This document shows positions 55,509 through 64,000 of a stretch of DNA of 64,000 bases, one piece after another. Origin of the DNA: Eledone cirrhosa (Eukaryota); assembly GCA_964016885.1 (NCBI GenBank), contig OZ024740.1, forward strand, positions 227,292,001-227,356,000, written 5' to 3'. Under the pieces are notes generated by a model, which did no database searches, had not been told where the DNA came from, and worked only from the letters and a program-made list of their open reading frames with translations. Numbering within the stretch: position 1 is the first letter of the stretch; every line of letters starts with the position of its first letter. The position numbers and the translations under genes were made by a program.

Positions 55509-55959
55509 TCATCATCACTGTTTTACGTCCGTTCTTCCACGCTAGCATGGGTTAGACAGGTTGTCCTGTTGTGGGCAGTGTCCAATCGGCTGACCTTGTC
55601 TTGCTCATACGGGAACTGATTCTGGCTTGATTTCTACAGCTGGATGCCCTTCATAACACCAACCTCATAACACCAACCCAGTGAGTGCTGGGTGCTTTTT
55701 TGCCATGACACCTCCACATCCACTTTACAGTGTGGGCTGGTTGCTTTTTTTTTTTTTTTTGCTGTGGCAACTCCACGACCACTTTGCAGTGGAATGATAG
55801 GGACTCCAGTCCTATCATCTCATTTCTACAGCTGAGTAAACTGGAGCAATGTGAAATAAAGTGTCTTGCTCAATGAAACAACACATCACCCAGTCCGAGA
55901 ATTGAACTCACAACCTTTCAATTGCAAGCCCAATGCTCTAACCACTAAGCCAAATGCCT
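55509..55959 (-). mobile_element. SINE family B, full length, alternative tail
   Basis: tRNA-like head, CORE-like block, (CAT)n end on +. Confidence 0.88.
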
Positions 55960-56228
55960 TTATATATCATATGTGTGTGTGGGTGTGTGTGTGTGTGTAT
56001 GTATATAGCCTGAAGTGCTGAGACTAGGAAGACCACTAATCATGAAAATACTTAATGCATAGGGAGATGCAGAGTGAGTATAGAGATAGATAAAATACCT
56101 ACCACTGCACCAAGTGGTTTCGGCTTGTGGCACGAGCTGAAACCAGTTGCCGCTGCAGTCAGGAGTGTACCTCTCTCTCTCTCTCTCTTTCTCTTTCAAT
56201 TCCACCTCACCCATCCCTTCAATCTATC

Positions 56229-56508
56229 TAATTTCTCATTCTTTCTTCTGATGAAGGACTAGTGTCCAAAGCATTAAGACCCTCTTCCTGCTATTTCAAG
56301 CATTAACCTAATATATTCCTTTCATTTACTGTACCGATTGTGTTGTTGTTTCTGTTTACCTTTTACATACATATATGTATACCTTTTACATATATATATG
56401 TACATACATGTATGTAAAAGGTAAACAGAAATAACAACACAATCGGTACAGTAAATGAAAGGAATATATTAGGTTAATGCTTGAAATAGCAGGAAGAGGG
56501 TCTTAATA
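56229..56508. mobile_element. Penelope-like remnant with degenerate hammerhead and ~100-bp inverted arms
   Basis: CTGATGA-AGGAC-TAGT-GTCC at 56248; arms 56273-56372 and 56409-56508; second copy at 61727-61805. Confidence 0.6.
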
Positions 56509-56521
56509 TAGACAGACATAT

Positions 56522-56565
<44 letters not shown>

Positions 56566-58034
56566 TGATGATATGTCCGTTTATATGTATGTAAAGAAAG
56601 AGAGAGGAAAAGACAAAGATAACAAGACAGTAGAGAAGACTCTTTAGTGTTACAAGTCAATCTTTTTAGTGTTGGTGTCATCATAAAATGCATACAATAA
56701 AATTTGTACAAAATTTGGTAGTAGAAAGGGTATCTAGCAGCCAAAGCTGGCTCTGTTTCTATGAAACAAAACCAAACATTTTGAAGGGTTCCTCTTTGAA
56801 ATATAATTCTCCAACAATTTCATATAAAAAACATTTGTTATGTTACAAATACTATCTTAGTTATGAAATATTTACTGTATAAACTCGAATATAAGCAGAC
56901 TCCCTATTTTATGTCTGAGAAACGGGCAAAAATCCAAACCCCATTCATAAGGCAGCTAATCAACACATTGTTTATTTGCTGTATATAAGCTGATCCCTCC
57001 ATTTTACCATTGATTTTTTTTGCTCACATATTCCTCAGCATAAATTCAAATATGTATGGTTATAATTTTAGTAAATTGCACAATACTTTTCATAAATAAA
57101 TAAAGAAAGAAATAAAGAAATAAAGAAAGAAATAAAGAAACCATTAATTAATTGAAATGCCGTGAATGCCATTAGAAATACAGTAATGAAAGTGTTAATA
57201 CAATTCCCCAGAATGGTCAGTCATCATTATCATCACCATTTAGTGTCCATTTTTCCATGCTTGCATGGGTTAGATGGGTCGTCCATTTTGCATTTGACCG
57301 GGTATTTTGCAGTTGGATTCCCTTCCTAACACCAACCACATTTACAGTGTGGAGCCTAATGACTTAAAACCAATAAAAGAATTAAAAGGTTTGGAAAGCT
57401 TTTCTTTTCCTTTCTTTAGCAATTTAGTTTTTATGGGGCTGAGTTGCTGTCCTGATGCTTGCATCTTCCTCTTTTCTCAACCATGTATTGAAGGAAGTTT
57501 GTAACTCGTGTACAAACCAGAGCAAGAGGATTTGAGTTTAAGGCTAAATAAGCATTCTTTCCATTCAGCACACAACTATGGTGCCACTTGTCACCAAAGT
57601 ATAATAAAAATGCAATTTATCAATCTCTATGCTGGAGAGGTAGCTGAGAAGAAGCCATTGAAAAACAGACAGGCAGACCACTGAAAAATACAGACTATTG
57701 TTACTGTAATTTTTATATGGATTCTAAAATTATTAGTGACATGGACTTGGCTACAGTCAGTTGATTTATTTGATATCAATGGAAACTAATCTAGAACCAG
57801 GAAAATTATATTAATGCCCATTCCCTTCCAAAAACGCATTGTTTGTTTACTATATCTAACTACCATATATGATTACTTATATAAATGAATAAAATTCATT
57901 CCATTCTCTTTCTGGTGTATTTCAAATAAACAGCAAATTCTTTTTTTGCTGTAGTAAATAATATGGTTACCATGTTTCTTCTTACTTTCTTTTTTTATAT
58001 TATTTTTCTAATCTTTTCTTTCTCAGACAGACAT

Positions 58035-58140
<106 letters not shown>

Positions 58141-59139
58141 TAATGTATGTATGTACATATATATATATATGTATATATATGTATATTTGTGTGTATGTAT
58201 GTATAAATATATATATATATATATATGTGTGTGTGTATGTAAGCATGTATGTATATATGTATGCATGTAAGCATATATGTATGTGTGTATGTATGTATCT
58301 ATGTAAGTATGTATGCGTGTACTTATACTCAAACACATAGTTTTTGTTGATTTTTTCTGTGCCTGTAACTGCTTTTTATTTGTAATTGTATAAAAATGTT
58401 AGTCCTACCCTATTGATTATATCCCAACAACTAGGATTGTCTCACAATTCAGTAATGGAGGATTTTGTAAATTATTTGATTTTCCTATCTTTTTTTTATA
58501 TATTGTATTTTGCCATTATGAATTTGGTGAGAATAGATCTTTATTGTGTTGGGTTCCATTGTATACTATTGTATTGTCTCTTTATATCAGTTATGAAAGC
58601 GATAATGTTTATCATTGTCTGTTTTCAATTGTTTAGGGGGTGTTTTTATATGGTTTAGTTGAAAAAAAGGGGATGAACTGATATAGCTGATGTTCAGTTT
58701 GATTATCTTTAAAGCAACATCTGCAAAGGGTTGACATGGGGAGAAAGAACTGGACAAAGTGGTTAATGCCTGTGTTTGCAGATGGGTGAGGGAGGAAGCA
58801 AGGTGTAGGAGGGTGATAAAAGGAGGTAAGACACATGTACTGGGAAGGCCTAGATATAAGTTGTATACAACCAGCCAGTTCATAGGAGTAGAGGCTGGTA
58901 GTGCAGTAGGGTTATAGACAAATAGAGGAAACAGTACATTTGGGATTCAGATTTTAACAGTTATATAATAGAAAGCAAATTATCAGTAAACCAAGTCTAC
59001 AACTTGATTTCAGTTCCAAGTTGTGAAACTTACACTTCCCTCCTTATCTTGGAAAATGTGGGAATAACTAAAACTTATATTTCATTCTCCTCTGAAGACA
59101 TTCCACTTGCCCAGAAAGTTTATTCCAGTGCACTACTTC

Positions 59140-59380
59140 TTAGAAACTATGACAGAAGCCTCACAGAATATCGTTCTTTGTTGAAAATGCGGTGGTACCA
59201 TCTGCTGTTCTTAATGGTCCTCAGGGCGTTGCTATTGAAGTCGTCAATCCTCTTTGAAAGGATTTTCATCTGGGGCCATGTTTCTGCTCCATAGAGAACC
59301 AAAGCATTGTAGATTTGGAGCTTTGTCCTCTGGGAGATAGTGCAATGGCACCAAAGGGGCCCTAAAATCCCTAAAACAAG
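59140..59380 (-). mobile_element. Old RTE-type LINE fragment
   Basis: TKLQIYNALVLYGAETW motif. Confidence 0.7.
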
Positions 59381-60587
59381 CATGTACATAAACATTAGCA
59401 TAAGAATTACTCCTCATAATTAACATGGCTATCTCCTTCATTCATAAAAAGAAAAAAAAAGAAAGTATGTTTTCACATTTTGGATCTTATTAATGTAAGG
59501 AAAGAGGTTAATTTGAGTTGATTGAACAACTAAATACTACTGGTTGAAATTGTCAGGGGATCCATCATCATCATCATTATCACACATGTAGGGTACATCA
59601 TAGTTGTGTAGTCCAAGAAGTTTGCTTTGCAGTCACAGGATTTGGGGTTTAATCCCGTTGGTTGGCTCCTTAGGAAAGTGTCTTCTACCATAGCCTCAGG
59701 AGTGCAAATTAGTAAATAGAAAGGGCAGAAACACTTGCTTAAAGAGGGCTTCTTCTCTGAAGACCTGCTGTTCAACTCTCCTGAGAGTTTCTTACCATTT
59801 GTTGAACAAATCGTTCCAATTCTTGGCTGTTAGACATAAAACATGACCCAGTTTAACACCACGACCAGGCCCTTTGATGCCTTTAACAGAGTTTACTCTG
59901 TTGCAAGTATTTAGACTAGGTCTGTAATCTGAGAAGTTTGCCCAACCAGTCTCAGAGTTCATGAAGAGTCATTTGTGGGACACTTCTTCTTCTGAATCAA
60001 GTAATTAAAGGAAAAAATACAAACTAATTTTACATGCTGGTCTACTACATAATTCTATCAGTTAAAAGCTAACCATAATGTTTAAAGTCATGAATATTTA
60101 TATTTAGGTTATAAATATTCATATATAAATTGTCAATATTCATGGTGGCACTCAGATGCAGATTGATTATTGGATTACCAATGCATCCAGTAATTTATTA
60201 ATTTTACTTCTAACACAAAAATACAGCCTAATGCAAGAACTTTACTAATCCATAAACCTATGGAACAGGCTAATAGATTGGTACTTATTTAAAGACAATC
60301 TTTTTCATTCATCTATATGTAACATAACACACACACGCACATACATACCTACACAAGTTCCCTATCCTGTCTACAGTAAAAATTGAATTTCGGATACATT
60401 CTGCTTCAATTTAATATGGTTTCATTGTGTATGTATAGATATTTATTATACAAATTATCACCTAACATTATTCAAATAATTGGAGACAACTCTCTTGAAT
60501 CAAGTGTAAAGAATTTTTCCATCTATATATTTATATACATATCTCTGTGTGTGTGTGTGTATCTATATCATTTATCATTTATCATTT

Positions 60588-60913
60588 CATTTTACGTTCG
60601 CTTTTTCCCTGCTTGCAAGGGTGGGACGGGAACTGATTTTGGCTTGATTTCTACAGCTGGATGCCCTTCCTAACACCAACCTCATTTACAGTGAGTGCTG
60701 GGTGCTTTTTTGCCATGGCACCTACACGTCCACTTTGCAGTGGAATGATAGGGACCCCAGTCCCTATCATCTCATTTCTACAGCTGAGTAAACTGGAGCA
60801 ATGTGAAATAAAGTGTCTTGCTCAAGGAAACAACACATCGCCCGGTCTGAGAATTGAACTCACAACCTTTCGATTGCAAGGCCAATGCTCTAACCACTAA
60901 GCCATGTGCCTCC
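60588..60913 (-). mobile_element. SINE family B, full length
   Basis: Same structure as 25591-25928. Confidence 0.9.
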
Positions 60914-61024
60914 TTTGTAATCATATATATATAGATATCGTCCAACCCATGCTAGCGTGGAAGATGGACGTTAAATGATGACGATGATATATACACACAC
61001 ACACAGAAGAAGGGAGGTAGGTGT

Positions 61025-61513
61025 AAAAGCCATTTCCCTATCTTCAATTCGGTATTCATGCCAATTCTTACCTATGGTCATGAATCTAAATAATGACCAA
61101 AAGAATACGATCACGAATAAAAGTGGCTGAAATGGGGTTCCTCCAAAGTGTCTTTGGAGTAAAGTTACTTGATAGAATGTGTAGCTCAGAGATCAGAGAG
61201 TCACTCCAGGTGGAGCCACTATTTCTCTGAATTGAGGGCTCACAGCTCGATACTATGAGCATGTGGTTAGAATGTCGAAGGAAAGATTTACTAGACAGAT
61301 TTTATGGGAAAAACTAACTGGCAGGAGACCCAGAGGTAGACCCCAGGCAGGGTGGTTGGATAACATCCATGAGGTTAGCTGGTCTTGCTTGGGGATCCAG
61401 TCGGATAATTTGGATATGATTGCTTCTGACAGAACTCACTGAAAGGACTCTGCCCCCATGAAGAAGAAGAAGAAGAAGAAGAAGAAGAAGAAGAAGAAGA
61501 AGAAGAAGAAGAA
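61025..61513 (+). mobile_element. 3' end of a LINE (RTE-like C-terminus) with (GAA)n tail
   Basis: IFNSVFMPILTYGHES, RIKVAEMGFL and GRRPRGRPQ motifs, then (GAA)n at 61460-61513. Confidence 0.75.
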
Positions 61514-62362
61514 ATTGGGGATGATAGCAGTTTCTTACCAAATGGCAAGAAGCTCAATATATTAACCACTTATGGAAAAATACAGATCATAAAATCTTTA
61601 CTGTATTGACTATGATTCTTGTATTTCTTTGGGACTCACATCATCCAAACCCTGAAATAATGCCCTGATGATGATTAGCTATTATGTGCTAATATTGAAA
61701 TTGAAACGTCACCATCCTCGTCCCTTTCTAATTTCTCATTCTTTCTTCTGATGAAGGACTAGCGACCAAAACGTTAAGACCCTCTTCCTGCTATTTCAAG
61801 CGTTATATGTGTATGTTATATGTGTACGTTATATGTGTATGTGAACATATGTATAGCATTTTTATATAGATATATAGATATGTAGATTTTATATAGATAT
61901 ATATTTGAATTAACAATTTACAATTTAGGCTTGTTTTATTCAAAGTTTCACAGGCATAAGAAAAAGCTTGTCTCATCATTTAGATGCTCTGGTATAAGAC
62001 ATCTGTTGAACGATCACATGTTCTTTTACATCTGTGAAATTTTAAGTAATGTAAATCTAAGATAAAAATTCTTAATACAAATTTTTAACCTCCACGTTAA
62101 TAAGTAAACAACAGTATCTATTAAACTAAATCAATCCCATTATTTTATTTAGCCCTATGTATATATGGACATGTATCCTACATTTTAGAATAAGGCCACC
62201 ATTTCTCTGCTTGTCATAAGAAAATACTAGTACTGGTGTCAGGAAGGCATCCAGTCATAGAGAGCTTGCCAAACATAGGGTTGGGGGCCCTTTCAGTTGT
62301 ATCAAAGACATGACAACCTCTCCTATGCACTCAGTAGAATGTGAAACCGTACATAAGCAACA

Positions 62363-63180
62363 TCTCTCCACTTGTCACGGTCCTTCGTCATCTCCACCAT
62401 GAGCTTCAGCGATCTGAGGTCTGCTCTAACCACCTCCGCCCATGTTTTCATGGTCTTCCTCTACTACGTCTTCCTTCAACTGGCATTTCTTGGCACTTCT
62501 TCAACCATCGGTCATACTCCATGCACATCACATGTCCATACCATCGCAGTCTTCTCTCCCGCACACTACATTCTATCCCTCTCAAACACAGTTTCTCTCT
62601 CAACACATCCATGCTTGGTCGTTCATGCACATTGACATTGCACATCCAACGGAGCATGCTTGCCTCATTTCTCTCCAGCCGTTGCATATCCTCTGCAGTT
62701 GCTGCCCATGTCTCACTGCCATGCAGCATTGCGCTCCTCACACAGGCATCATATAACTGTCCTTTCGTATGCAGGGAGAAACCCTTCTTTGTCAACAGAG
62801 GAAGCAGCTCCCTAAGCTTCTTCCAACCCGTCCTTATTCTAGATACTATGGCCTTGGAACACCCCCTCCCATGCTAATCTGATCACCTAGGTACTGGAAG
62901 CTATCAACCACTTCTATAGCACCCACCTGCATTTGAAAAATGTGTCTATCAATGCAACTTCTACTGTCTAATTTCCCTGTACATCTACTGCATACGTATT
63001 TCTCCCTACCTGTTAGTTTGCCTGCTATCCCACTACATCTCTTATGTACCCAAGATCCGCATTGTGTACATTTTATAGAATTTATGCCAGTTTCTTTTCT
63101 GCATATCGAACATGGTCATTTCCCTGACAGAATCAGAGTTTTGTCCTCTTTTCTACTCATTAACACTTTTGTCTTAGCTA
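62363..63180 (-). mobile_element. RTE LINE fragment, same subfamily as 27894-29681
   Basis: High nucleotide similarity to about 27970-28767; 5' end abuts (TA)n. Confidence 0.93.
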
Positions 63181-63217
63181 TATATATATATTATGAAATA
63201 CTGTTGGCTACACTTTC

Positions 63218-63272
<55 letters not shown>

Positions 63273-63317
63273 ACTCATCCCACCTTTGCAAGGAAAAGCA
63301 GATGTAAAATGATGATG

Positions 63318-63392
<75 letters not shown>

Positions 63393-63530
63393 GAAAGTGT
63401 AGAAATTATTGTGAGCGTGAAGCCAACAGTTTTTCATAATATATATATATTATGAAATATATATGTTATATATATATTTCATAATATATGTATATTATGA
63501 AATATATATGTTATATATATATATATTATG

Positions 63531-63598
<68 letters not shown>

Positions 63599-64000
63599 AC
63601 TCATTTTATAACATGTTATCTATGTGCAACCTGCAGTATTCTTCTCCCCATTTTTTCACATATATTTACCTAAACTGCGATTCTGTTTTTCTCTCTCTCT
63701 CTCTTACTGCTCCCTCGTTCTCTCTGTTTCTCTTACTTTCTTTCGCCCCCTCTGTCATGTCAGTTAACACTTTCTCTCTACTGACCTCTTCCTCACACTT
63801 TCACTCACTCACTCACTGTTTCTCCCCTTCTCACTTCACCCCGTTCGCGACGAAAACAAATTCCTTCTTTCTTACATTTGGATTCATCTCGAAAGGTCTT
63901 TTTTCTACGCGCTCATATATTCACCCAGCTTATGCTGACAGAATAACTATGTAGTTTGTGCCCTTCCTATCTACGGTTAGCTTTCCTCTTTGTTGTTTAC

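Overview
AT-rich, microsatellite-dense animal genomic DNA. The repeat content (RTE LINEs, tRNA-derived SINEs with CAT/ATT tails, long TA tracts) looks cephalopod/Octopus-like; this is an inference. Only one host coding exon is well supported, a phase 1-1 I-set immunoglobulin exon at 18789-19073 (+). The rest is transposon-derived or low complexity: RTE-clade LINE pieces, an R4/Dong-type element in a TAA tract, two SINE families, TTAA-ended MITEs, Penelope-like remnants with hammerhead-ribozyme motifs, minisatellites and fold-back inverted repeats. The most striking structure is at the left end. An uninterrupted RTE endonuclease ORF (minus strand, running off position 1) is preceded by about 13.6 near-identical 452-bp monomers. 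Each monomer carries a GC box, a GA tract and a TATA box pointing at the ORF. The array stops exactly 30 nt downstream of the monomer TATA position, i.e. at a predicted transcription start. This suggests a LINE carrying a renewable tandem promoter array.
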